Shown here one piece after another: positions 1 to 9,032 of a DNA stretch of 64,000 nucleotides. The DNA comes from Bacillota bacterium (lineage in GTDB: Bacteria; Bacillota; Clostridia; Saccharofermentanales; Fastidiosipilaceae), in contig JAEZWR010000036.1 in NCBI GenBank assembly GCA_023420115.1, positions 2,522 to 66,521 on the forward strand, written 5' to 3'. The position numbers and the translations under genes were made by a program. Within the stretch, counting starts at the first letter, position 1, and every line of letters begins with the position of its first letter. A model generated the notes under the pieces. It was not told the origin of the DNA. It saw only the letters and a list, made by a program, of their open reading frames with translations, and searched no databases.

Positions 1-17
1 TTTAGAAACTTAAGTAT

Positions 18-482
18 ATGAAAAAGATGTCAGATATACAGCAATTCATAAATTCCTCGGATGAGCTTAGGAAGCTTCTGCTACGTTGCCCATATCATGT
101 TTTGTCAAATTCTAAATTGGAATCTTACAAAAAGGGCGAATTTAATCTTTATCAGTCAGAAATTTATCCTTATGTATGGATTCTGATGGAAGGTGAGGTT
201 GAAATATATCTATTTGATGATAATGATCGATTCTTGCGTTTAGCACTTTATAAGCCAGGTGATTTAATAGGTGAACATGAGATCTTTGAACTGAAACCTT
301 TTAGCTCGTCTGTGAGGTCGCTCAGTGATGTTGTAGTGTTGAAGCTTACAAGGGATGATTTCTTTTCGTGGCTTGCACAAGATAGTGATTTTGCTAGGTC
401 GCTTATTGTCAATCTGACACAGCAATTATACCAATTAAATTCAATAAAAGCACTAGTGCTTTGGTATGGTTACGGGGAGTAG
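18..482 (+). CDS. cyclic-nucleotide-binding (Crp/Fnr effector-type) domain protein without DNA-binding domain
   Basis: 154-aa ORF with a cNMP-binding beta-roll pattern (WILMEGEVEIY ... YKPGDLIGEHEIF ... VVVLKLTRDDF). It stops before the point where a Crp-family HTH would begin. Confidence 0.6.
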   Translation: MKKMSDIQQFINSSDELRKLLLRCPYHVLSNSKLESYKKGEFNLYQSEIYPYVWILMEGEVEIYLFDDNDRFLRLALYKPGDLIGEHEIFELKPFSSSVRSLSDVVVLKLTRDDFFSWLAQDSDFARSLIVNLTQQLYQLNSIKALVLWYGYGE

Positions 483-488
483 TTTATT

Positions 489-1061
489 ATGCATACAACA
501 ATTATTATTGATCATCCATATGAGAATAGTTTCAATCATTGTTTACTTAAGGAACTTGTGATTTCTCTCGACAAGAATAATGAAAAGTACGATTTGATAG
601 ATTTATATAAAGATGGTTTTTCTCCTGTTATGACAACAGAGGAACTAAGGACATATATGACAGAGTTACCTAAGGATAGTAACACTTTGAGATATATTGA
701 CTCGATAAAAAAAGCAGATCGCCTGATTTTAATTTTCCCTATATGGTGGTATGACACTCCAGCTGGACTTAAGGGATTTCTTGATAAAGTTTTACTAAAT
801 AATGTAGCTTTTTGTGATGGGCCAAATGGTATTCTTCCGTTGCTTAAGATTGAGACTGCGCACATTTTTGCAAGTAGCGAGCAAGAGTACGAAGCTATGA
901 TGAAACGTTGTAATGGTGTTTTTCGCTATGGTCTTGAAACTACACTTTTGGATTGTGGTGTAAAGGAAGTTAAATGGCATCACATTGGTGCTATTTCAGC
1001 CCAAACTGAAGAGTTTAGATCAAAATTTATTAAGTCTGCTTATTCAATGTTGAATGAATAG
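489..1061 (+). CDS. flavodoxin-like fold NAD(P)H dehydrogenase (quinone)/FMN reductase family protein
   Basis: 190 aa. ADRLILIFPIWWYDTPAGLKGFLDKVL matches the Flavodoxin_2 signature. Starts 7 nt after the previous stop. Confidence 0.7.
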   Translation: MHTTIIIDHPYENSFNHCLLKELVISLDKNNEKYDLIDLYKDGFSPVMTTEELRTYMTELPKDSNTLRYIDSIKKADRLILIFPIWWYDTPAGLKGFLDKVLLNNVAFCDGPNGILPLLKIETAHIFASSEQEYEAMMKRCNGVFRYGLETTLLDCGVKEVKWHHIGAISAQTEEFRSKFIKSAYSMLNE

Positions 1062-1103
1062 GTTTAGGCATAATAATTGCTAGTTTACTCGGTGATTTAA
1101 TAG

Positions 1104-1139
1104 GCTCCCATTTCTTAAGTAAGACTTGGGAGTTTTTTA
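1104..1139 (+). terminator. intrinsic terminator after the flavodoxin-like gene
   Basis: Stem ctccca/tgggag followed by tttttt. Confidence 0.6.
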
Positions 1140-1152
1140 TGCGCGAGTAAGA

Positions 1153-1205
1153 TAATAAAAAAAGAGTAGGGTGAGATGATTTTGAATCATACAAAGTCCT
1201 ACTCT
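1153..1205 (-). terminator. intrinsic terminator after the ABC importer operon
   Basis: Stem agagtagg/cctactct with an A-run on the + strand, which is a U-tract on the - strand. Confidence 0.6.
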
Positions 1206-1229
1206 TTAATTTAATATTAGATATAAAGT

Positions 1230-2810
1230 CTAGTTTTTAGCAGTCATTGCTTGCCATGCTTCGTTTTGTTCTTCAATTATTCTACCAAGTCCTGAATCTT
1301 TAATTGACTGATATCTACTCTTAAATTCATCTAAGCTAATATTTCCTGCTACACATTCTGCTCTAGCAGAAGCTAGTTGAGATAGAAGTTCCGTTGATTC
1401 AGCTATGTAAGTTTCGGTGTTTAAAATTGGTGCACTAGTGAAGAAATAGTCATTACCGATATTTAGAGCATCATAAAAAAGTTTAGTGGTTTCTGGAGAT
1501 TCCTCATATGATTTTCCTGTCATCATAATTTCTTCATATGCAGATGGATCAAAGTTGTGTGATACAGGTGTAAAATTGATTCCTGCTTGTCTAGCTTCTT
1601 TGAAGCTATTTACATAAGGCTCCAATATATGAGGTTTACCATCTTTTATTTCATAGTGTTTACCTTCTATACCATATGAACTTATTAGCTTGCCTTCATC
1701 AGAAAATACGTAGTTAAAATATTTAATAATAGCTTCTTCTTTTCCCTTGGCAGCAATTGTAAGTGATGATGTGGGCGTAATTTGTGATCTGGATGGCAGA
1801 GCTGAGTGTCCTTGGGGACCGACTGGAGGTCTAACACCTTCAAGTTTTGCATCTTTTTGTACTTCCTGTAGTGCGGCAGTTGTGGTTCTGGTAGTTTCCG
1901 CCCAAGTAAAAGTAGAACCGACGACTCCAGAGTTAATAGCTTCAGCTTGTTTCATTACATCAACATATACACCACGTTGAGCAAATTCAGGATCTAAATA
2001 ACCCTTAGAGTATAAGTCTCTCATTGCAGTCATAAAATCATCAAAATGTTCAGATTCTTCAGCTATGGTGTAAGTATTATTATCATCGACATAGAAGCCA
2101 AATTTATTGGCAGTATTTATGCCGAAAATTGGCATCATAGAATAAATATCTACAGAGAGTGGAATATCATTATCTTTATTACCATCTCCATTGGGATCTT
2201 TTGTTTTAAAAGCTTCCCATACTTCAAGCCATTCATCCCATGTTTCAGGCTTTTTCTCTATACCGACATTTTTGAGCCAATCAGTTCTTATTGACCAAGA
2301 GTACGCTTGTGGGAATTTTAATATAAAAGGAATAGCATAAGTCTTACCGTCAATTACAGATTTAAGTTTTGTTGCTTCTACAGGTATATCCTTATAACTA
2401 TTAAGAATATTATCTCCATATTTCTCAAGAAGTTCATCTAATGGAAGAGCTGCATCTTCATTTATTAGTGCAGTACTTGCACCATTTATTACTTCTGGAA
2501 TATCACCACTGGCAAGTGTTGTAGTTACTCTATTGGAATACTGATCTTGCGGATACCAGTCATATGTGATTTTTACCCCTGCGTTCTTCATTAAAAGATC
2601 AAGAATCTCATTGCTTTTGTCTGAATTTAGAGATTTTTCGTGATCCCCCCATATAGAACTCATCACTTTAAACTCAACTACTTCACTTTCGTTATTTGTA
2701 GAAGCAGAATCTGTTTCAGCTGAAGCTGAAATAAAAGCGTTACTATTACACATTAAGATTGCGGTTAAAAGAGATATGCAAACTTTAGTGCAAGCCTTTA
2801 ACTGTTTCAT
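1230..2810 (-). CDS. extracellular solute-binding protein, LplA-like large family-1 sugar SBP
   Basis: 526 aa with an N-terminal signal peptide and a GGAGG RBS. Size and sequence style match LplA-type SBPs. Lies next to two sugar permease genes. Confidence 0.85.
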   Translation of the reverse strand: MKQLKACTKVCISLLTAILMCNSNAFISASAETDSASTNNESEVVEFKVMSSIWGDHEKSLNSDKSNEILDLLMKNAGVKITYDWYPQDQYSNRVTTTLASGDIPEVINGASTALINEDAALPLDELLEKYGDNILNSYKDIPVEATKLKSVIDGKTYAIPFILKFPQAYSWSIRTDWLKNVGIEKKPETWDEWLEVWEAFKTKDPNGDGNKDNDIPLSVDIYSMMPIFGINTANKFGFYVDDNNTYTIAEESEHFDDFMTAMRDLYSKGYLDPEFAQRGVYVDVMKQAEAINSGVVGSTFTWAETTRTTTAALQEVQKDAKLEGVRPPVGPQGHSALPSRSQITPTSSLTIAAKGKEEAIIKYFNYVFSDEGKLISSYGIEGKHYEIKDGKPHILEPYVNSFKEARQAGINFTPVSHNFDPSAYEEIMMTGKSYEESPETTKLFYDALNIGNDYFFTSAPILNTETYIAESTELLSQLASARAECVAGNISLDEFKSRYQSIKDSGLGRIIEEQNEAWQAMTAKN

Positions 2811-2915
2811 ACTAACCTCCTTTATTTAAATATCACAAGTGTGATACAGAATACATAAAAATATATGCAAAAATGTAAATAAGAACGTCTTAAAAATTAA
2901 TCTTCCATAGATTAA

Positions 2916-3785
2916 TTATTCTTTAACCGAACCTAGCATAATCCCAGTAACAAAATATTTTTGCAAAAATGGATAGATGATCAACATAGGGATCATAGAG
3001 ATAACAATGGATGCATTTCTCAATTGTTCAGGGATACTCAAAGTACCCTCAGCAGCGGTAAGATTAAATTCATTCATTTCGGAAGAAAAAATAATATCTC
3101 TCAAAACTACTTGCAGAGTATAGTTTGCTTGATTTTTTAGGTACATCAAAGGTGCAAAGAACTCATTCCATCTAGCAACAATTGTCCATAATGAAATAGT
3201 TGCAATAACGGCCGTAGATAGGGGGATACATATTGAGAAAAGTATTTTAAACTCCGATGCACCATCTATTCTGGCTGACTCAATCAATGATTTTGGGATA
3301 CTTTCAAAAAAGTTTCGTAATATAATAATGTTGTATGCGCCGAGTATAGAGGGAATGATAAGAGACCATAGACTATCTAGTAATCCTAAATTTTTTATCA
3401 CCATAAAATTAGGAATTAATCCTGCGTTAAACCATAATGTGAATAGGATTATGAAACTATAGACTTTTTTCCCTTTAAATTTGGCATATGCTAGTGGATA
3501 GGCTGCTATTGCAGTCATAAGTAGAGTTAGAGGAAGATTAGCTAATATAACAAGGATTGAATTAAGGAAGCCACGCAATAACTTACTATTTTGAAATACT
3601 TGCTCGTAGCCTATTGTTGTAAAGTTAACAGGTATAATGGATACATCGTTGCGAAGAATTGCATTAGTGCTACTTAGCGAAAGAGCTATTACATTTAATA
3701 CAGGAACGATGAATATGATACTTGCTAGTATAAAAAAACAAATTAAGAATATTTGAATTGAGCTATCTTTTTTTCTCTTATTCAT
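2916..3785 (-). CDS. carbohydrate ABC transporter permease (LplC/MalG-like)
   Basis: 289 aa, 6 TM segments. EAA-type loop SLIESARIDGASEFKILFSICIPL. Confidence 0.9.
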   Translation of the reverse strand: MNKRKKDSSIQIFLICFFILASIIFIVPVLNVIALSLSSTNAILRNDVSIIPVNFTTIGYEQVFQNSKLLRGFLNSILVILANLPLTLLMTAIAAYPLAYAKFKGKKVYSFIILFTLWFNAGLIPNFMVIKNLGLLDSLWSLIIPSILGAYNIIILRNFFESIPKSLIESARIDGASEFKILFSICIPLSTAVIATISLWTIVARWNEFFAPLMYLKNQANYTLQVVLRDIIFSSEMNEFNLTAAEGTLSIPEQLRNASIVISMIPMLIIYPFLQKYFVTGIMLGSVKE

Positions 3786-3889
3786 ATTAATCTACCTCAT
3801 CTGTAGGTCTAAGCATCTCCTTTTGTAGACAACAGATTTTTGTGTGAATATGCGTGTGCTTTAATTAATTTTTATTAATTACCAAATTG

Positions 3890-4804
3890 TTAGATTATAG
3901 TTACATCGCTGAATTTTTTAGCACATATATTAGCTATAAGAACAAGAAATAGGCTTATTACTGAGCTAAAAATTCCAATTGCAGTTGCTCGACTATAATT
4001 AGCTTGGAGGATTCCTAGTTTATACGTCAAAGTTGGGAACATTTCCGATACAGATAGATTTAGGTCATTCTGAAATAGGTAGATTTTCTCTGTATCAACT
4101 GACATTAAATTTCCAATTTGTAGTATTAGTAGAATTATTATGGTTGTACGTATTCCAGGTAAGGTTACATGAAATATTCTGCCTAATTTGCCACAACCAT
4201 CAATTTCAGCAGCTTCGTATAAATTTTGATCTATTCCCACAATAGCAGAAAGATATATGATTGCACTCCAACCAACACCCTGCCATATTCCTATAAGAAT
4301 CATGAGAGGTCTAAAAAATTCTGGTTTAGCTAGAAAATTTATTTTATTAAAACCTAGACTACTCATAACTGAATTTAGAACGCCAAGAGAAGGGGATAGA
4401 AAAGTACTGAAAATACCAACTACTACAACAGTTGATAGAAAGTGTGGAAGATAGCTGATAGTTTGTACCACTGATTTGAATTTTTTAACCTTTAATTCAT
4501 TAAGAAGAACTGCAAAAACAATTGGCATTGGAAAGGCAAATATCAAACTTAGAATATTGAGAGCCAATGTATTTTTTATTAGTCTTAGGAATTGTTCTTG
4601 ATTTCTAAAAATTGCTTCAAAATTCTTCCAACCTACAAATTTACTAGAGAAGAAACCTTTAAGAATTTTATAATCTTTCCACGCTATGGTTAACCATGAC
4701 ATTGACCAGTATCTAAAAACAAGAAAGTATGCCAGGGTGATGAAAACCATAAAATATATTTGCCATTGTATTCTTCCCTTATTTTTATGCAAGGAGAAAG
4801 TCAT
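3890..4804 (-). CDS. carbohydrate ABC transporter permease (LplB/MalF-like)
   Basis: 304 aa. EAA loop YEAAEIDGCGKLGRIFHVTLPGI. GGGAGG RBS. Confidence 0.9.
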   Translation of the reverse strand: MTFSLHKNKGRIQWQIYFMVFITLAYFLVFRYWSMSWLTIAWKDYKILKGFFSSKFVGWKNFEAIFRNQEQFLRLIKNTLALNILSLIFAFPMPIVFAVLLNELKVKKFKSVVQTISYLPHFLSTVVVVGIFSTFLSPSLGVLNSVMSSLGFNKINFLAKPEFFRPLMILIGIWQGVGWSAIIYLSAIVGIDQNLYEAAEIDGCGKLGRIFHVTLPGIRTTIIILLILQIGNLMSVDTEKIYLFQNDLNLSVSEMFPTLTYKLGILQANYSRATAIGIFSSVISLFLVLIANICAKKFSDVTII

Positions 4805-4861
4805 TATCTGCCTCCCATATTATGTAAAGATAATTTAGTTATAAGTAAATCTTATTATCTA

Positions 4862-4883
4862 AATTCTTCATTAATGAAGAATT
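4862..4883. promoter_or_regulatory. 22-bp perfect palindrome AATTCTTCATTAATGAAGAATT, candidate operator
   Basis: Exact reverse-complement symmetry checked base by base. Lies 58 nt upstream of the first permease start codon (4804, - strand). Confidence 0.4.
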
Positions 4884-5119
4884 GACAAAAATATGAAACA
4901 AAATTTCTTAAAAGTGATATACTATATGAAACTTTGTTGCCAGTAGAATAAACGAGTTTGGCTATTTTGTCAATGTTAATTAGAGAAGAACAAGGATTGT
5001 TATTCATAATATATAAATGTGTTCATTTGTATATTACTTAAATTTGTATAACTCTATCTTTTAGATGGAATGAACAAATAAAAGTTTCGATGGATAAAAA
5101 TATCAGTATTAGAAAGGAG

Positions 5120-5998
5120 TTAATTATATTTATGTTCTAAACTACTTTGATAACTGTCATTTAGATATTCTTCTACTTCGTTATAGTGCCTATGAGCCAT
5201 AGTAGTAAATAGACAATCGACAATCGTAAGTTGAGCTAACCTGCTAGACATAGCACCAGAGCGTTTTGATAACTGAGGAGAGGCAGTAAATATAAACTGT
5301 GAATTTAGCTTGCATAATGGACTTTTTGTGTATGATGTAATTACTAAGATTCGATCACTAATAGCAGATAGTTTATGGTGAATTTCTAAGATTTCTTTTG
5401 TTTTGCCTGAGTTTGAAATGATTATTGCGTAATCATCGTGTCTAAAGGTAGAGGCATAAGATAATTGAATATGTAGATCATCGGAAAAAATTGCATTTAT
5501 ACCGATGCGGATTAGCTTCTGTTGTAAATCCATCGCTACAATAGCAGAAGCACCAAATGCGAATAATCTCACAGATTTTGAGTAAAAAATTTCGTCGGCG
5601 ACACACTCTAGTGTGTCGAAGTTAATAAGTGATAAGGTAGATTTAATTGCTTGAATACTACTATCCGCTATAGATGAAATTAGCTGTTTAATGTCTCTAT
5701 GTGTTTTGATATCTGTAAATTCTACTAAATCATCAGAATCTGTTGTCGCGTGAGATTGTGCTCTGTCTAGAGAATAAAGACAATGTTTAAAATCTTTCAA
5801 TCCTGCGAAACCTAGTGATTTACAGAATCTGACCCAGGTTGCTGAACTTACATTACATAATTTAGATAATTTGGATATGGGAACAGCATAAATATTTATT
5901 CCTTTATTTAGTAGATAATCAGCAATTCTTTTTTCACTGTCACTTAGACCATTATATACGCTTCTAATCTTCAGGAATAAATCATCTATAGTTTTCAT
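5120..5998 (-). CDS. murR: MurR/RpiR family transcriptional regulator (HTH + SIS domain)
   Basis: 292 aa. N-terminal RpiR-type HTH (LSDSEKRIADYLL ... ISKLSKLCNVSSATWVRFCKSLGFAGLKDFK) and a C-terminal SIS domain. Sits between the importer and the murQ operon. Confidence 0.8.
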   Translation of the reverse strand: MKTIDDLFLKIRSVYNGLSDSEKRIADYLLNKGINIYAVPISKLSKLCNVSSATWVRFCKSLGFAGLKDFKHCLYSLDRAQSHATTDSDDLVEFTDIKTHRDIKQLISSIADSSIQAIKSTLSLINFDTLECVADEIFYSKSVRLFAFGASAIVAMDLQQKLIRIGINAIFSDDLHIQLSYASTFRHDDYAIIISNSGKTKEILEIHHKLSAISDRILVITSYTKSPLCKLNSQFIFTASPQLSKRSGAMSSRLAQLTIVDCLFTTMAHRHYNEVEEYLNDSYQSSLEHKYN

Positions 5999-6007
5999 AT
6001 TAATAAT

Positions 6008-6025
6008 TTAAGAAACCTTTCTTAA
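6008..6025. promoter_or_regulatory. inverted repeat TTAAGAAA-cc-TTTCTTAA next to the murR start
   Basis: Perfect 8-bp arms with a 2-nt spacer. Begins 10 nt upstream of the murR ATG (- strand) and overlaps its putative RBS. Lies in the divergent murR/nagZ control region. Confidence 0.3.
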
Positions 6026-6164
6026 TTTATAAATTGTAGCTCAGGAGTTATTTATAAGGATTTTACCAAAATAAATTTATATATGTTTGCGACAATTGTT
6101 TTTTCTTTACAAGCTGAGATATGACATTAACGTATTTTATTTGCAAGTGAAAGTAGGTGTATTT

Positions 6165-7727
6165 ATGAAATCAGACAAAGTTTGGCGAATAGCTAACCAC
6201 TTTTGTATAGGTTTTAAAGGAAGTGTTTTTAATGACGAACTTAAAAGATTGATTGAAGAATATCATATTAATAAGTTTATTTTATTCAGTGAGAATTTAC
6301 CAAATGAAAAACTTGCGAAGAAACTTATTGCAGATATAAAAGATGAAGTTCATAGAGTGTGCGATAAGACAGCAACAATAATGATTGACCAAGAAGGCGG
6401 AGCTGTATCTAGGCTTCCGGATGATAAGCTTAATATTCCATCTGCAATGGCACTTATGAATATTGGTTATGATGCAGTATATAGGATGCACAATTTAAAT
6501 GCTAAAGTTTTAAAAGAATACGGTGTCAATTTTAATCTTGCTCCAGTCGCTGATGTTAATAGTGAGAAGAGTAATCCTATTATAGGGGCGAGGAGTTTTT
6601 CTGAATTACCAGAAATAGCTTCCCAAGCTGTATCTCAAGCTATAAGAGCATACAAGGAGGCTAAATTATTGTGTGCAGTCAAACACTTTCCAGGGCATGG
6701 AAATGTCACACAGGATTCTCATATTGTTTTGCCACAAAATAATGTTTCTTACAAAGAACTAAGAGAAACTGAACTTAAACCATTTGTTCAAGCAATTGCA
6801 GATGATGTAGATGCTATTTTACTTGCTCATATACTTTTGCCCAAAATAGAAGATAATGATTTACCTGCTAGTTTATCAAAAAAGATTTGTCAAAAGATTC
6901 TTAGAGATGAACTTAGATTCGAAGGTGTACTTGTAAGTGATTGTATGGAAATGAAAGCTATAAGTAAAAATTATCCTTCTGAATTTGCTGCGAAGCTCGC
7001 ATTAGAAGCAAGTATGGATATATTAATTTTTTCTCATAGTCCAGATATAGCAGAAGATGTTATTAATAAGTTGAGTATTATGTTGGATAATGGAATGATT
7101 GATGTCGATACACTCAATAAATCAGATAAACGACTTTTAAAATATGAGAATCTTCTTTCTGAGTATGAGAATTATAGAGAATTTGTTGATATTAATAAAA
7201 TTAGGAAAGAAATTAATAATTGTGTATCTGAGACAATAAAAGAATGTGGATATATTAATTATAAGCAATTTGGGTTAAAAGAGAATTTAGAAAATAAAAA
7301 ACACTTAGCGATTATAGGACCAAGGCCAGTTAGACTAAATGAAGCATATAATTCCGATGGAGGAAAGAAGAGTTTCGCTTCATCGCTTGCAGATCATTTT
7401 AAATGTGACTTCTTTGATATTGATATTAATCCTAATAAAGATCAAATTAAAACGATTATAGAATCGCTTACAAATTATGAGACTATAGTAGTTGGAATGT
7501 ATCAGGCTCGCTTATTTAAAGGGCAGATGTATTTAATAGAGCAACTTACTAAAGTGAATAAGAAAATATTATTTGTGGCATTAAGAGATCCATATGATAT
7601 TGATTGTCTTCATAAAATCAATAATGAGTCGGTCGCTATATGTGTATATGAATATAGTGAGAAGAGTATTAACGCTCTAATAAATTTGATCGAAAAAAGA
7701 CTAATTGATTCAAGCGATATTAAATAA
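6165..7727 (+). CDS. nagZ: glycoside hydrolase family 3 beta-N-acetylhexosaminidase (NagZ-like, two-domain)
   Basis: MIDQEGG and KHFPGHG motifs of the GH3 NagZ type. ATG at 6165 preferred over the ORF-track start at 6087. No signal peptide. Confidence 0.8.
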   Translation: MKSDKVWRIANHFCIGFKGSVFNDELKRLIEEYHINKFILFSENLPNEKLAKKLIADIKDEVHRVCDKTATIMIDQEGGAVSRLPDDKLNIPSAMALMNIGYDAVYRMHNLNAKVLKEYGVNFNLAPVADVNSEKSNPIIGARSFSELPEIASQAVSQAIRAYKEAKLLCAVKHFPGHGNVTQDSHIVLPQNNVSYKELRETELKPFVQAIADDVDAILLAHILLPKIEDNDLPASLSKKICQKILRDELRFEGVLVSDCMEMKAISKNYPSEFAAKLALEASMDILIFSHSPDIAEDVINKLSIMLDNGMIDVDTLNKSDKRLLKYENLLSEYENYREFVDINKIRKEINNCVSETIKECGYINYKQFGLKENLENKKHLAIIGPRPVRLNEAYNSDGGKKSFASSLADHFKCDFFDIDINPNKDQIKTIIESLTNYETIVVGMYQARLFKGQMYLIEQLTKVNKKILFVALRDPYDIDCLHKINNESVAICVYEYSEKSINALINLIEKRLIDSSDIK

Positions 7728-7823
7728 TCGGATTAACAATTTATATCTGAATGTACTTTTAAAATAATTGTTTATATTACCTGAATTTTTATGGCTTGAT
7801 GAGATGCTAATAAAGGAGTGTAT

Positions 7824-8978
7824 ATGACAGAAGCTATAATATCTCTAGATGGCGGAGGGAGCAAAACAAGTCTATCCATAATAGATATGTCATCGCTCAG
7901 AAATTATTTGTCACATGGGACAGATACAAAGTTTGTTAATGATAAAAAAATCAACAGCGAAGATAATAAAAATAATTATCGTTTGTCGAATTATAGTTCA
8001 GATGGAAATTCGATGCTTAATTTAACTGAGCAAGAATTAAATAATATGATTTTATTTAATTCTATAAGTACAGGAAGTAATCTCAATTCAGTGCCATTCA
8101 AAGAAGTCTATGGAGCATTTAAATCTCTGTTAGAAGATGCCCGAAATTATCTCAAATCACAAAATGACATTAAATTGGTAGGGACTGTACTAGCTACAGC
8201 TGGACTTAGTGTAAAGGGTAGAAAAGAGAAGTTTGAACATATACTTAAGGAGTTGGGTTTCCCAGAAAATATACATATAGTCTCGGATAATGAAGCAGCA
8301 TATAAGTCTGCTTATAGACTCTATGGAGCAGATGCTCTATTAATTGTCGGAACAGGATCAATTATAAGTAGTAGATCATGTGATGGTTTAGAAGTAAGAG
8401 CTGGTGGGCATGGTCAATTTTTTTCCGATCAGGGGTCATCTTATGATTTAGCCAGAAGAATTATAGAAATTTATCTTTATATGCAAGATGGACTTATTGA
8501 TAAATCGCCATTATATGACACTGTTCAAAAATATCTAAAAAAGACTTTCTTAAATATGAATATAGATGAAAATCTGGATTCTGATGAATATTGTCTCTAT
8601 ATAATTCATAAACTTAACAGCAATGAGTATTTTGATAGAAGTAAGATAGCGGGTCTTTGTAAGTACTTAGATTTTGATGAATCATATACAAAAGAAGCAC
8701 TGACAAATGCTGCTTATGAATTAGCTAAAATAATATATCTCTTTTATAAAAAATACTATTTAGGAAAAAATATGAACTTTATATGCACGGGATCTCTTAT
8801 AAGTAATTGCTCTATATACAAAGATAAATTGTTAGAAGGGATTAGGAAAATTATCATTGATAAACAAGAGTCAATAAATCCTGATGCTATTTCGTTCAAA
8901 CTGATGGGGAGTGCAGTTGAACTTGGAGGTGTAATAGATTACGTAGATAGTTTTAATGACAAGAAAAATAGTCGATAG
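7824..8978 (+). CDS. BadF/BadG/BcrA/BcrD-type ATPase, N-acetylglucosamine/N-acetylmuramate kinase-like (MurK-like)
   Basis: LDGGGSKTS phosphate-1 motif and LIVGTGSI. AGGAG RBS 5 nt before the ATG at 7824. Immediately upstream of murQ. Confidence 0.7.
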   Translation: MTEAIISLDGGGSKTSLSIIDMSSLRNYLSHGTDTKFVNDKKINSEDNKNNYRLSNYSSDGNSMLNLTEQELNNMILFNSISTGSNLNSVPFKEVYGAFKSLLEDARNYLKSQNDIKLVGTVLATAGLSVKGRKEKFEHILKELGFPENIHIVSDNEAAYKSAYRLYGADALLIVGTGSIISSRSCDGLEVRAGGHGQFFSDQGSSYDLARRIIEIYLYMQDGLIDKSPLYDTVQKYLKKTFLNMNIDENLDSDEYCLYIIHKLNSNEYFDRSKIAGLCKYLDFDESYTKEALTNAAYELAKIIYLFYKKYYLGKNMNFICTGSLISNCSIYKDKLLEGIRKIIIDKQESINPDAISFKLMGSAVELGGVIDYVDSFNDKKNSR

Positions 8979-9032
8979 ATTGATTGTTCATACTTTAGCT
9001 TTTATCTTGGTAATAGATGGTGAGGTTTCTAT

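Noticed and set aside
6087-6164. ORF-track upstream start of the NagZ-like gene, and similar long starts at 38156 (malQ), 40228 (mglB), 45841, 51441 and 59292
   Set aside because: Non-ATG or RBS-less starts that add non-homologous residues. Internal ATGs with good Shine-Dalgarno sequences match the family N-termini.
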